NCBI GenBank assembly: GCA_050115495.1
Contig: JASFQK010000015.1
Span: forward strand, 1 to 64,000
Reading direction: 5' to 3'
Length of the DNA: 64,000 nucleotides
Source: Phycisphaerae bacterium
Lineage (GTDB): Bacteria; Planctomycetota; Phycisphaerae; UBA1845; Fen-1342
The position numbers and the translations under genes were made by a program. The notes beneath the pieces were generated by a model. The model was given only the letters and a program-made list of their open reading frames with translations. It ran no database searches and was not told the origin of the DNA. Below are positions 51,415-60,814 of this stretch, in pieces. Position 1 is the first letter of the stretch. The number at the start of each line of letters is the position of its first letter.

Positions 51415-51508
51415 GCCCGTTGGAAAAGGGGACTGGCTCCGAGCCGAAAGACCGGCGCTGCCTCGCAAGCCGCGTGACGCGAGGTGCCTGTCCCCTTTTC
51501 CAACGGGC
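51415..51508. repeat. MITE/REP-like element, copy 2
   Basis: 19-bp perfect TIR GCCCGTTGGAAAAGGGGAC; shares ACTGGCTCCGAG and GCGAGGTG(C/T)CTGTCCCC with copy 1. Confidence 0.8.
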
Positions 51509-51528
51509 CGCCTCGCCAAGGCCGCCGG

Positions 51529-53985
51529 TTACGGTGCAACGACGGGCCGGACGCGGATGACGGCCTCCAGCTCGACGAGCTTCATTAGCTGGCGGACGTC
51601 AATCGTTCCGACGACGAGCTTCACGGCTTTGCTCTCGCCCGTCTGCTTGAAGCTGAGCTCGGTGAGGGCAGCCAGCGTCTTCTCCGAGTTGTCGGAGAGG
51701 TAGATCATCACGTCGACGCGCCAGGCGGTTACCTTCAGCTTGCCGAGCGTCAGGTTGCCCTCCTGCCCGTCCTTCTCGACCTTGGCGGCCAGGTCGCGCA
51801 AGACCTCATCCAGCCGCGACGCCGGCGTCTGCTCCTCGACCGTGAGCTCGTCTTCTTCATCACCGAGCTCGCGCACTCCGGCTCTCTCCAATGGCATTGG
51901 CGGTGGAGCAGTCGGTGCCGGGCGTCCCGTCGCACCTCCCAGAACAACGCCCCGCGCGCCACCACTCGCCCGCCTCGGCGCGTACAACTGGCGTTTGCCG
52001 GCGAAGCCCGCTGCACCACGCCCGAACACACCCTCGTAACTGACGCCCGCGGGCATCTCGACGGGCACGTCCACGCGAACCGGCTCGCCGCCGACGGTGA
52101 CGGTCATTTCCTCTACCGCGACGAAGCTCGTGAACTGCGTCATCAGGCGGAACTCGATGCCCAGGTCGATGACCTGCTTCCTGAGCTCGTCGGGGAACTG
52201 ACCGGACTGCGCCGCGGCGTAGTCCTGCATCATGAGATCCTCGACGCGGGCCCGGGCCCACAGCGATGCCAGCGCCTCGTGATCCTGGGCGTTCTCCGGG
52301 ACGTTGATCTCGATCTGCGATTCGTACGGCCCGGCACCGGTGTTGCCACGCAGTGCGATGATGCCGGTAGCGAGCCCGGTCAGCCGCCCGCGCACCATGA
52401 TCGGCCGAGCGGCGAACAGGTCGGGAATGCGAGTCGGGTACACATCGGCGACGGGGAGCTCGCCCCAGTCGATCTCGATATCGGTGAGCACCGGGGCGAG
52501 GATGCGTTCGTGGAAGCGTTCCGCCGCCGCATCGCCCTGGCTTTCGAGCATGACGTACTCGACCTCGCCGCGCCCGGCGCGCGCCATGCCGTCAAGCAGG
52601 AAGCGGTTGACCGAGTTGCCGATACCGAAGCTGAACACGCGCGTCGTGCCGGCGTTCTTCTTCACCGCGTCGATGATGGTCATGGCATCGCCGACGTAGC
52701 CGTCCGTCATGAAACACACGACGCGGATCGGCTGCTGCGAAGCAGGCACGTCAGCGCGGCGGCCCACGGGCATCAGCGCCGCATTAATCGCCTTCATCAT
52801 CTCCGTGCCGCCGCGGCCCTCGCGCGATTCGAGAAAGGCCTGAGCGGCGGCGATGTTCTCGGCCGTCGCCGGCCGCGGGGCATCCCACAGAATGTGCGTG
52901 TCGCCGGCGAACGTGATCAGATTGAACGTGTCGGCCGGCCGCATCTGGTCGATGGCCATGTGCATAACCTGCTTGGCCTTCTCGATCGGGAAGCCGCTCA
53001 TCGACCCGGACGTGTCCAGGACGAAAATGAGCTCGCGGGCCATGAGCTGCGCCGGCACGACGCGTTGCGGCGGCTGGAGCAGGACGGCGAAGAACGTCCC
53101 GCGCTCGTCGCCGTGCACGAGGAACGCATCGCCGATCTCATCGCCGCCCGTCCGGTAGTGCAGCACGAAGTCGCGGTTGGGAATCTCGTCCGCGTCGCGC
53201 AGCGCCACGCGCCACGCGCTGTTCGGCTGCCGGTCCACCGCCTGGGCGTCGATGTCGTACAATTCGCTCTTCACGTCGAAGATGGGCATCCCCGTGAAGA
53301 TCGTCACTTCGAGGCTGATGTCGTGCCCGGCCCGCGTGCCCTCCGGCGTGACGGGCGGAGTGATCCGCGAAGCGTCCGGCACCTGCGGCGTATCCTGGCC
53401 CTTCGTCATCGGAGCGGGAGCGCTTCCGCCACCCGGGATGTACCGCGGCCCCACCACCATCGGGAACACCCACTCGTAGACGCCGTCCTCGTAGCGGACG
53501 GTCTCGGCATAGCTGATCTCGATGACCACCTCGACCCCCGGCTCAATGTTGGCCACCGATTGCGTGAAGATGTTCGGCTGTTCCTGGTCGAGCAGGCTGG
53601 CGACGTGGCCGGCGGCCTTCGCCGTCTCGTAGATCTCGCGAGCCTCGCCGCGCTCCTTGATCTGCCCGACGATCCGCCGATCGCCGACGGTCATAACCAT
53701 CTCATCAACGGCCGCGTCGGAGGGCAGCGGGAAGACGTAGACGGCCTCGATCTTGCGGTCGGTTGGGTTCTGGTAGATCTGCGTGACGTGCACGCGGCCG
53801 ACGAAGCCGCTGATTTCTGCGCTGACGTCGGTATGCCGCAACGGGCAGGCCCCCGTTACCCCACCCTTGTCGTCGAGAATCTGCAATTGCCCCCCGATCG
53901 CCGGCGGTCCCTCCACCCCCGACGCCGTCGCCAGGGCGAAACCCGCCACCAAGATCAGACCGCCGCAGAGGATTCGAGCGCTCAT
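51529..53985 (-). CDS. Secreted VIT + VWA domain protein
   Basis: SD AAAGGAG; EAVYVFPLP (VIT); MIDAS DTSGS, GGTE, TDG; FTSFVAVE. Confidence 0.9.
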   Translation of the reverse strand: MSARILCGGLILVAGFALATASGVEGPPAIGGQLQILDDKGGVTGACPLRHTDVSAEISGFVGRVHVTQIYQNPTDRKIEAVYVFPLPSDAAVDEMVMTVGDRRIVGQIKERGEAREIYETAKAAGHVASLLDQEQPNIFTQSVANIEPGVEVVIEISYAETVRYEDGVYEWVFPMVVGPRYIPGGGSAPAPMTKGQDTPQVPDASRITPPVTPEGTRAGHDISLEVTIFTGMPIFDVKSELYDIDAQAVDRQPNSAWRVALRDADEIPNRDFVLHYRTGGDEIGDAFLVHGDERGTFFAVLLQPPQRVVPAQLMARELIFVLDTSGSMSGFPIEKAKQVMHMAIDQMRPADTFNLITFAGDTHILWDAPRPATAENIAAAQAFLESREGRGGTEMMKAINAALMPVGRRADVPASQQPIRVVCFMTDGYVGDAMTIIDAVKKNAGTTRVFSFGIGNSVNRFLLDGMARAGRGEVEYVMLESQGDAAAERFHERILAPVLTDIEIDWGELPVADVYPTRIPDLFAARPIMVRGRLTGLATGIIALRGNTGAGPYESQIEINVPENAQDHEALASLWARARVEDLMMQDYAAAQSGQFPDELRKQVIDLGIEFRLMTQFTSFVAVEEMTVTVGGEPVRVDVPVEMPAGVSYEGVFGRGAAGFAGKRQLYAPRRASGGARGVVLGGATGRPAPTAPPPMPLERAGVRELGDEEDELTVEEQTPASRLDEVLRDLAAKVEKDGQEGNLTLGKLKVTAWRVDVMIYLSDNSEKTLAALTELSFKQTGESKAVKLVVGTIDVRQLMKLVELEAVIRVRPVVAP

Positions 53986-54159
53986 GGTCTTCTCCTTTCG
54001 CCACGAGGTTATACGACCATATCCCCGGCTTAGACGCGGCTTCGGCTGGCAGGTTCCCACGACCCGGCCCCGATGTCCGCCGCGGGCATTGGCATTATCG
54101 CCCCTCCCAGGTTAGGTTGTCCCGTCTTGAGAAGTGAGATTCTCGGACCAGGCGCCCCC

Positions 54160-54555
54160 ATGCCCGTTGTCGCTCACGGTATCGACCTCGTCCGCTGCGA
54201 CCGCATCGCCCGCATCTGGCGGGACCACGGCGATCGCTTCCTCGACCGCGTGTTCACGCCGGCCGAGCGGGCCTATTGCCTCGACTGCAAGACGCCGGTC
54301 GAGCGGCTGGCCGGACGGTTCGCGGCGAAAGAAGCGGTGATGAAGGTCCTGGGCACGGGCTGGCGGGGCGGGATGCGCTGGACGGATATCGAGACCCTGC
54401 CCGACCCCCTGGGCAAGCCGCTGGTGCAGCTCACCGGTGAGACCGGCGACCTGGCCACCCGCCAGGGCATTACCCGGCTCTTGATATCCATCTCACATAC
54501 GACGGATCACGCGATGGCTTCGGTGCTGGCGCTGGGCGAAGCGCCGCGGGCCTGA
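54160..54555 (+). CDS. acpS: Holo-ACP synthase
   Basis: HGIDLV, RVFTPAE, AGRFAAKEA, ISISH. Confidence 0.95.
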   Translation: MPVVAHGIDLVRCDRIARIWRDHGDRFLDRVFTPAERAYCLDCKTPVERLAGRFAAKEAVMKVLGTGWRGGMRWTDIETLPDPLGKPLVQLTGETGDLATRQGITRLLISISHTTDHAMASVLALGEAPRA

Positions 54556-54566
54556 GCCGGCCGAAG

Positions 54567-54625
54567 AAAAAAGAGCCGGGTTTGCGGCCCTGGCAGATGC
54601 CTCCGCCTGGGCCGCTCCCGGCCTC
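54567..54625 (-). terminator. Intrinsic terminator for the B12-binding gene
   Basis: Imperfect GC-rich hairpin followed by T6 on the minus strand. Confidence 0.55.
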
Positions 54626-54655
54626 GCCACAGCTCACCCTTCCAAAACAGGTCTG

Positions 54656-55372
54656 TTACGCAGTCGCCATCGCAGCCTTGCGCCGACGGCGACGCTTCTT
54701 AACCAGTCCGACCCGCGGCGTATTGGGCGTCCGCGGGGGCAAATCACGTAGGATCGAGCGAATCTCGCGGGCGGTGTCGGTGAAGACGTCGGCGCCCACT
54801 TCCTGCCACAGGCCATCAGCGCGGTTGTAGATCCCGCCGCTGACCACGATGTTCATGGTCGGGCACACGCCGATGTCGCGGATCATCTCGACGAGTCCGC
54901 GGGTCTCGGGCACGTCCTCGGGACGCGTGCCGAAGATGACCAGGACTTCGGGCCGCACCTGGCCGACCAGGGCGAGAATCTCGTCGTGCGGCACACCGCC
55001 GCCGAGCAGATAGACCTCCCAACCGTCGGCTTGCAGCAGGTCGGCGACGACCTCGGCACCAGTCTCTTCCTGGACGCCGTTGGCGCACGTGATGATGATG
55101 CGTTTGCCGTTGCGGGCGGACTGAGGGAGCATGCCCTGTACGTAGTCGACGAGCGTGCGGTTGATGCGGCAGGCCATGTGCTCGGTCGCGAGATTGATCC
55201 GGTCATTGCGGTACAGGCTGTCCACCTGGGCCATGGCCGGCCAGATCACGTCGCAGAGGAGGTCTTCCGCGAGGACACCGTTATCGCACGCTTCCGAGAT
55301 CACGCCAAAGCACTCGGCTCGCCGACCGGCCAACAGGGGTTGCAGGTAACGAATCAACAGGGGTTCCGGCAT
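54656..55372 (-). CDS. Cobalamin-binding domain protein (cap + Rossmann domains), lacking the His ligand
   Basis: IWPAM...EHMA cap, ADLLQADGWEVYLLG, VSGG, VGAD. Confidence 0.8.
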   Translation of the reverse strand: MPEPLLIRYLQPLLAGRRAECFGVISEACDNGVLAEDLLCDVIWPAMAQVDSLYRNDRINLATEHMACRINRTLVDYVQGMLPQSARNGKRIIITCANGVQEETGAEVVADLLQADGWEVYLLGGGVPHDEILALVGQVRPEVLVIFGTRPEDVPETRGLVEMIRDIGVCPTMNIVVSGGIYNRADGLWQEVGADVFTDTAREIRSILRDLPPRTPNTPRVGLVKKRRRRRKAAMATA

Positions 55373-55788
55373 GGATGTCGTCTCCGGGGTGCGCCCGCGG
55401 TTCGCCAAACTCCAGGCGAGCCCGCATGGGCCATCTACCGAGCAGCCGGCGCATCCATGCGTCCGGGAAGCCGTGTTGTCCGGGTCAGGTGTGTCTGACC
55501 GCCGTCTCGGGCGGTCTCTTACCCCGCCCACAGTCTCCCGTATCGGGGGCTCGGGTCCCGGCGGTTGAGGGGCCGGCAATGGCAGAAATACAGCGTTTCA
55601 AACAGACGGGGGCGGGTGGCGGCGACCGCTCCCCCAGGAATGATCCTGGGCCCGCCGCAAGCGATGTTTTCTCGGAGCTTGCCCCCGCCGCCCGGCCAAA
55701 TACTGCGAAAGTCTGCACGCACGACTTGCGCCGCCGGCCCGTGAAGCCCGGGCGCACGGCGGCCGCGGCCCCCCACTCCGGCCGCCGC

Positions 55789-55816
55789 TTGACAGTGGCA
55801 TCGCGGGGCGTAACGT
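55789..55816 (+). promoter_or_regulatory. sigma70-type promoter
   Basis: TTGACA-N16-TAACGT. Confidence 0.55.
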
Positions 55817-55886
55817 ACAGGTTTCGCAAGGGCTGCGGCAGCCGCGCGGGGCTGCGGGCCGGCACGCCCCGGTGCAGGAACTGCGT

Positions 55887-57008
55887 ATGGGTTTCGCCTA
55901 CACACCCGGTCTGTCCGTTGCTGCCGAGGCCACGGTCCACAAGGTCCGCCGCCTCCCCATCCGCGGCGACGTGCTCGTCGATGTCGGGCAGACCGTTGCG
56001 GCGGACGACGTCGTCGCCCAGGCGAGCCTGCCCGGCGAGGTGCGGCCCATCAACCTGGCCACGCAGCTCGGCGTCAGCCCCGAAGACGTGCCGAAGATCA
56101 TGCTCAAGGGCGAGGACGAGCCGGTCCGCCAGGGAGAGCCGCTGGCCCGCACGCACGGGCTGTTCCGCTGGTTTCGGCGGGAGTATCGGGCCCCGCTCGA
56201 TGCGACGGTCGAATCGATCTCGCACGTGACCGGGCAGGTGATCCTGCGCGGGGCGGCGACGCCGCTGCAACGCCGGGCCTACGCCCGCGGCGAAGTGGTG
56301 GCGGTTCAGCCCGGCGAGTCGGCGACGATCGAGGTACGCGGAACGTTTATCCAGGGCATCTTCGGCATCGGCGGCGAGGCGGTGGGTCCGCTCGAACTGA
56401 TCGCCAAGAGCCCGGACGAAGTGATCGACGCCGACCGGCTCAACGAATCCCACGCCGGCCGCGTGCTGGTCGGCGGGAGCCTGGTGACAGCGGCAGCCAT
56501 TCGGCGGGCCGCGGAGCTGGGCATATACGGGCTGGTGACCGGCGGTCTGGACGACGCCGACCTGCGGACCGTGCTCGGTTACGAGTTCGGTGTGGCCATT
56601 ACCGGCGACGAGACGGTCGGTGTGACGATCGTCGTGACCGAGGGCTTCGGGCAGATCGCGATGGCCGCGGGAACGTTCGACCTGCTGGCCCGCCGGGCCG
56701 GGCAGTTGGCCAGCATCAACGGGGCGACGCAGATCCGGGCCGGCGTCATCCGGCCGGAAGTGCTGATCCCGCTGGCCGAGGCCGCCGGAGAGCGGAAGTC
56801 CGCCGTCGGCGGCGGCACGCTGGAGCTGGGCACGCGCCTGCGGGCGATCCGCGAGCCGCATTTCGGGCGGCTGGGCCGTTGCACCGCCCTGCCGGTCGAG
56901 CCGGTGACGCTGGCCAGCGAGGCCCGCGTGCGCGTGCTGGAAGTCGAGTTTGACGATGGCACACGGGCGGTGGTCCCGCGGGCCAACGTAGAGTTGATCA
57001 GCGCCTAG
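55887..57008 (+). CDS. Conserved-looking hypothetical protein with barrel-sandwich-like repeats
   Basis: AYTPGL, RRLP..GDVLVDVGQ, IQGIFGIGGE, VTEGFG, QIRAGVIRPE. Confidence 0.75.
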   Translation: MGFAYTPGLSVAAEATVHKVRRLPIRGDVLVDVGQTVAADDVVAQASLPGEVRPINLATQLGVSPEDVPKIMLKGEDEPVRQGEPLARTHGLFRWFRREYRAPLDATVESISHVTGQVILRGAATPLQRRAYARGEVVAVQPGESATIEVRGTFIQGIFGIGGEAVGPLELIAKSPDEVIDADRLNESHAGRVLVGGSLVTAAAIRRAAELGIYGLVTGGLDDADLRTVLGYEFGVAITGDETVGVTIVVTEGFGQIAMAAGTFDLLARRAGQLASINGATQIRAGVIRPEVLIPLAEAAGERKSAVGGGTLELGTRLRAIREPHFGRLGRCTALPVEPVTLASEARVRVLEVEFDDGTRAVVPRANVELISA

Positions 57009-57062
57009 TCGCAGCGGGCGGCTCGCCTGATCCGTACAAACGAGAGCCAAGGAGGCTGAAAC

Positions 57063-57245
57063 ATGATGATGAGTCGCTCGCGCAAGATGCTGTGGGCCCT
57101 GGCCACCGGCGCCGTTACCTTCGGGTGGCTCCAAGCCTGGGAGATGACGAACTTCTCCGATTTCTGGACGCAGTTTATTACGCAGTTCCTGAACGCCCTG
57201 ATCACGGCCCTGTTCGGCGGCGATTACAGCACGTTGCTGGCCTAA
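57063..57245 (+). CDS. Small hydrophobic protein (60 aa)
   Basis: Strong SD AGGAGG at 57050-57055; signal-like N-terminus and an amphipathic helix. Confidence 0.6.
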   Translation: MMMSRSRKMLWALATGAVTFGWLQAWEMTNFSDFWTQFITQFLNALITALFGGDYSTLLA

Positions 57246-57306
57246 GTTCGCCACGAAACTCGCCCGATCAGCCGCGGCGCGGAACCACTAGCCAAGGGAG
57301 AGCCCC

Positions 57307-58812
57307 ATGAGAATGCCCGGGTTTCCCGGTGCGATGGAAGACCCCGTCCTCCGGGAGAAGGCCGAACAAGAGGCCGAACGGCTCCTGGAGGAGCTGAAGA
57401 AGGAAGTCAAAGCTGAGGCCCGCGACGTGGGCGTGCTCCGCAAGGAGCTGTGCATCACGGTGCCGGCCAAGGTCATCGCCGACCACCTCGACCACAATTA
57501 CAGCGAGCTGATGCACGACGCGATCGTGCCGGGCTTCCGCAAGGGTCGCGCTCCGCGGCAACTGGTCGAAAAGCGGTTCGGAGCCGAGGTGCGCGAATCG
57601 CTGACGACCTCGATCATCGGCCAGTCTTTCTTTGCAACGACCGATAACCTCAAGCTCGAAGTCCTCGGCGATCCGCTCTTCCAGATCGCCGCCGGCGACG
57701 AAGGCACCAAAATGGTCGGCCTCGACGAGGCCTTGCAGCACGTGAAGCTGCCGGAGAGCGGCGACTTCGTGTACACCTGCGAGGTCGAGATCAAGCCGGA
57801 GTTCGAGCTGCCGGCACTGAGCGGTATCGAGGTCAAGACGCCGGACGTGGCCATCACGGACGAGATGGTCCAGGGCGAACTGCTGCGCCAGCGAAAGTTG
57901 CGCGGCCGCTTCGAGCCGCACCCCGACGCCGCCGCCGAGCGGGACGACCTGATCGTCGCCGACGTGACGCTCTGGGCGGGCGAAGAGAAGGTCAAGACCG
58001 AGGAAAACGTGCAGGTCGGCGTGCGACCCACGCGCCTGGACGGCATCCCCCTGCCGAAGCTGGACGAGGCCCTGACGGGCGTCCGGGTCGGGCAGACGGT
58101 GTCCGTCGACTGCACGATCGCCGACGACTACGAGCGGACGGATTTGCGCGGCAAGGCCGGGCGGTTCGAGTTCAAGGTGCACGAGCTGAAGCGGCTCGTC
58201 CCGCAGGCGATCGACGAGTTCCTCCAAACAGCCGGCTTCGACAAGGAGCAGGACGCGCTCGACTACTTCCGCATGATGATGGAGAACGAGCGCGACCAGA
58301 TGATCGCCCGGGCCAAGCAGGATCAGGTCTGCGCCTACCTGCTCGATAACACCAAGCTCGACGTGCCCGAGCAGCTCTCCGCCCGGCAAACCGACCGGGC
58401 CGTCCTCCGCCGAATGGTGGAGCTGCGGCAGCGCGGCGTGCCCGAGGGCGACCTGGAGGCCCACCTGGACGAGCTGCGGACGTCGGCCCAGAGCGAGGTG
58501 GCCCGCGACCTGAAGCTCAGCTTCATCCTCGAGAAGGTGGCCGAGCAGCTCGACCTGCAGGTCACAGACGAGGAAATCAATACCGAGATTGCCCAGATTG
58601 CCCGGCGGTACAACCGGCGGTTCGACCGCGTCCGGGACGATCTGCGCAAGCAGGACCTGCTGCCCCAGTTGGCCGAGCGGATCCGCCACGACAAGTGCAT
58701 CTCCCGGCTGCTGGAGGATGCCGCGCTCGTGGAAGTAAAGTCTGAGGAAGAGCCGGAGACGGCCGATAAGAAGAGCAAGCCCCGCCGGAAGAAGGCGGAG
58801 GAAAAGGACTGA
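57307..58812 (+). CDS. tig: Trigger factor
   Basis: Ribosome-binding signature VPGFRKGRAP; upstream of clpP. Confidence 0.93.
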   Translation: MRMPGFPGAMEDPVLREKAEQEAERLLEELKKEVKAEARDVGVLRKELCITVPAKVIADHLDHNYSELMHDAIVPGFRKGRAPRQLVEKRFGAEVRESLTTSIIGQSFFATTDNLKLEVLGDPLFQIAAGDEGTKMVGLDEALQHVKLPESGDFVYTCEVEIKPEFELPALSGIEVKTPDVAITDEMVQGELLRQRKLRGRFEPHPDAAAERDDLIVADVTLWAGEEKVKTEENVQVGVRPTRLDGIPLPKLDEALTGVRVGQTVSVDCTIADDYERTDLRGKAGRFEFKVHELKRLVPQAIDEFLQTAGFDKEQDALDYFRMMMENERDQMIARAKQDQVCAYLLDNTKLDVPEQLSARQTDRAVLRRMVELRQRGVPEGDLEAHLDELRTSAQSEVARDLKLSFILEKVAEQLDLQVTDEEINTEIAQIARRYNRRFDRVRDDLRKQDLLPQLAERIRHDKCISRLLEDAALVEVKSEEEPETADKKSKPRRKKAEEKD

Positions 58813-58855
58813 CCCGCGGCGGACGGCTTGCCGCAACGATAGCGAAGGAGAGCGC

Positions 58856-59494
58856 ATGGCATATTGGCCGGAAGTCGAACGCCCCCGGTTGCAGTCGGGT
58901 CAACCACAGGCCTGGCGCCAGATGGGGCTCAACGAGCTGCTGCTGGAGAACCGGATCATCTTCCTCGATCTGCCGCTCGACCCGCAGATCACGATCAACA
59001 GCAGCACCGTTTGCTCGCACATCATCAAGAGCATGCTGTACCTGCAGTCGATCAAGCGCGACCAGGACATTCACCTGTACATTAACTGTCCCGGCGGCGA
59101 CATCGACGACACGCTGGCCATCTACGACACGATGCGCTTCCTGAACTGCGAGATCGCCACCTATTGCGTCGGCGCTGCCAGCAGCGGGGCCGCCCTGATC
59201 CTGGCCGCCGGCACGAAGGGCAAACGCTACGCCCTGCCCCACGCCAAGGTCATGATCCATCAGCCGTGGGGCTACGTCGGTGGGCAGGCCGCGGACATGC
59301 GTATCCAGGCCGACGAGATCCTCAAGGTCAAGAAGACCATCACGGCCATCCTCTCTGAGCACAGTGGCCGCTCGGTCGAACAGGTCGTCCAGGACACCGA
59401 GCGCGACCGCTACATGACGGCCCAGGAGGCCAAGGAATACGGCCTGATCGACGAGATCCTCGAGGAAGCCAAGACCCCGAAGAAGAAGAAATAG
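58856..59494 (+). CDS. clpP: Clp protease proteolytic subunit
   Basis: LYINCPGG, AASSGA, MIHQP, ERDRYM. Confidence 0.9.
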   Translation: MAYWPEVERPRLQSGQPQAWRQMGLNELLLENRIIFLDLPLDPQITINSSTVCSHIIKSMLYLQSIKRDQDIHLYINCPGGDIDDTLAIYDTMRFLNCEIATYCVGAASSGAALILAAGTKGKRYALPHAKVMIHQPWGYVGGQAADMRIQADEILKVKKTITAILSEHSGRSVEQVVQDTERDRYMTAQEAKEYGLIDEILEEAKTPKKKK

Positions 59495-59499
59495 CAAGG

Positions 59500-60129
59500 A
59501 TGCCGCGCATGACCAGCAGCCAGTTGATCCCCATCGTCATCGAGCGCGAAGGCCGTGCCGAACGCGCTTACGACATCTACTCGCGGCTCCTGAAGGACCG
59601 CATCATCTTCCTGGGCGACGAGGTCTCCTCCGACCTGTCGAACGTGATCATCGCCCAGTTGCTCTTCCTGGCCAACGAGGATCCGAAGGCGGACGTGCAC
59701 CTGTACATCAGCTCGCCGGGCGGGTCGGTGTACAGCGGGATGGGCATCTACGACACGATGAGCTACATCCCCTGCCCGGTCGCCACGTACGTCCTGGGCG
59801 CTGCGGCCAGCATGGCCGCCGTCCTGGCCGCCGCCGGCACGGCCGGCAAGCGCTTCATCCTGCCGCACTCGCGGATGATGATTCACCAGCCGCTGGGCGG
59901 GGCCCGCGGTCCGGCCACCGATCTGAAGATCGAGCTGGACGAGATGATGCGCACGCAGCGGCAGCTCTACGAGATCCTCGCCCGGCACACGAACAAGAAC
60001 GTCGACCAGATCACCGCCGACTGCGACCGGAACAACTGGATGGACGCCGAGCAGTCGGTCGAGTACGGTCTGGCGGACAAGGTGCTCGAGGCGATGCCGG
60101 AGCCGCCGGCTCTGCACACCTCGACATAG
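59500..60129 (+). CDS. clpP: Clp protease proteolytic subunit (start may be 59509)
   Basis: DIYSRLLKDRIIFL, AASMAA, MIHQP. Confidence 0.95.
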   Translation: MPRMTSSQLIPIVIEREGRAERAYDIYSRLLKDRIIFLGDEVSSDLSNVIIAQLLFLANEDPKADVHLYISSPGGSVYSGMGIYDTMSYIPCPVATYVLGAAASMAAVLAAAGTAGKRFILPHSRMMIHQPLGGARGPATDLKIELDEMMRTQRQLYEILARHTNKNVDQITADCDRNNWMDAEQSVEYGLADKVLEAMPEPPALHTST

Positions 60130-60159
60130 CGTCTCGCGTCGCGGAGGGTAGCGACGACC

Positions 60160-60804
60160 ATGACACGTAGCGCATCACCCGCCAGCGCAGCGGCCCGGAC
60201 CCTTGTCCTGGCCGCTGCGCTTGGCTTTGTTCTCTTGTTGGCCACCGGTTGCTGGTCCCCCACCGGCCAGAACGACCTCCAGCACCAGGTCCAGCTCCAG
60301 CGCGAGACGATCGCCCAACAAACCGACCAGATCGCCTCGCTCGAAAACACCGTTCACACGCTCGAACAGCGTCTCGACGATGTCCGGGCTATCAAACCCA
60401 GCGACCTCGAGAAGATCTTCTACCCCGAGAAGATCGAGATCTGCAGTCTCTCCGGCGGCTACGATGCAGACGGCCAGCCCGGCGACGACGGCGTCGTCGT
60501 CTACCTCCGCCCGCTCGACCGTGAAGGCGACGCCCTCAAGGTCGCGGGCGAGATCCGCGTCCAGCTCTACGACCTGGCTGCCCCGCCCCCCGCGAACCTC
60601 CTCGGCGAGTACACCATCCCCGTCGAGCAGGCCCGCGAGCTCTGGTACGGCAAGCTGCTGACCTATCACTACAAGGTGATGTGCCCCTGGCTGCGAACGC
60701 CGCCCGAGCATCCCGAGATCACCATCCGAGCCATGTTCGTCGACTACCTGACGCAACGCGTCCTGTCGACGCAACAGACGTGCACCGTCAAGCTCGCCCG
60801 CTGA
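60160..60804 (+). CDS. Hypothetical lipoprotein with coiled coil
   Basis: SD GGAGG, lipobox ATGC. Confidence 0.7.
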   Translation: MTRSASPASAAARTLVLAAALGFVLLLATGCWSPTGQNDLQHQVQLQRETIAQQTDQIASLENTVHTLEQRLDDVRAIKPSDLEKIFYPEKIEICSLSGGYDADGQPGDDGVVVYLRPLDREGDALKVAGEIRVQLYDLAAPPPANLLGEYTIPVEQARELWYGKLLTYHYKVMCPWLRTPPEHPEITIRAMFVDYLTQRVLSTQQTCTVKLAR

Positions 60805-60814
60805 AACCCCCTGC

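Noticed and set aside
55373..55780. Cobalamin riboswitch upstream of the B12-binding gene
   Set aside because: The conserved GGGAA, GCCACTG and B12-box elements could not be found in the right order; an Rfam scan would settle it.
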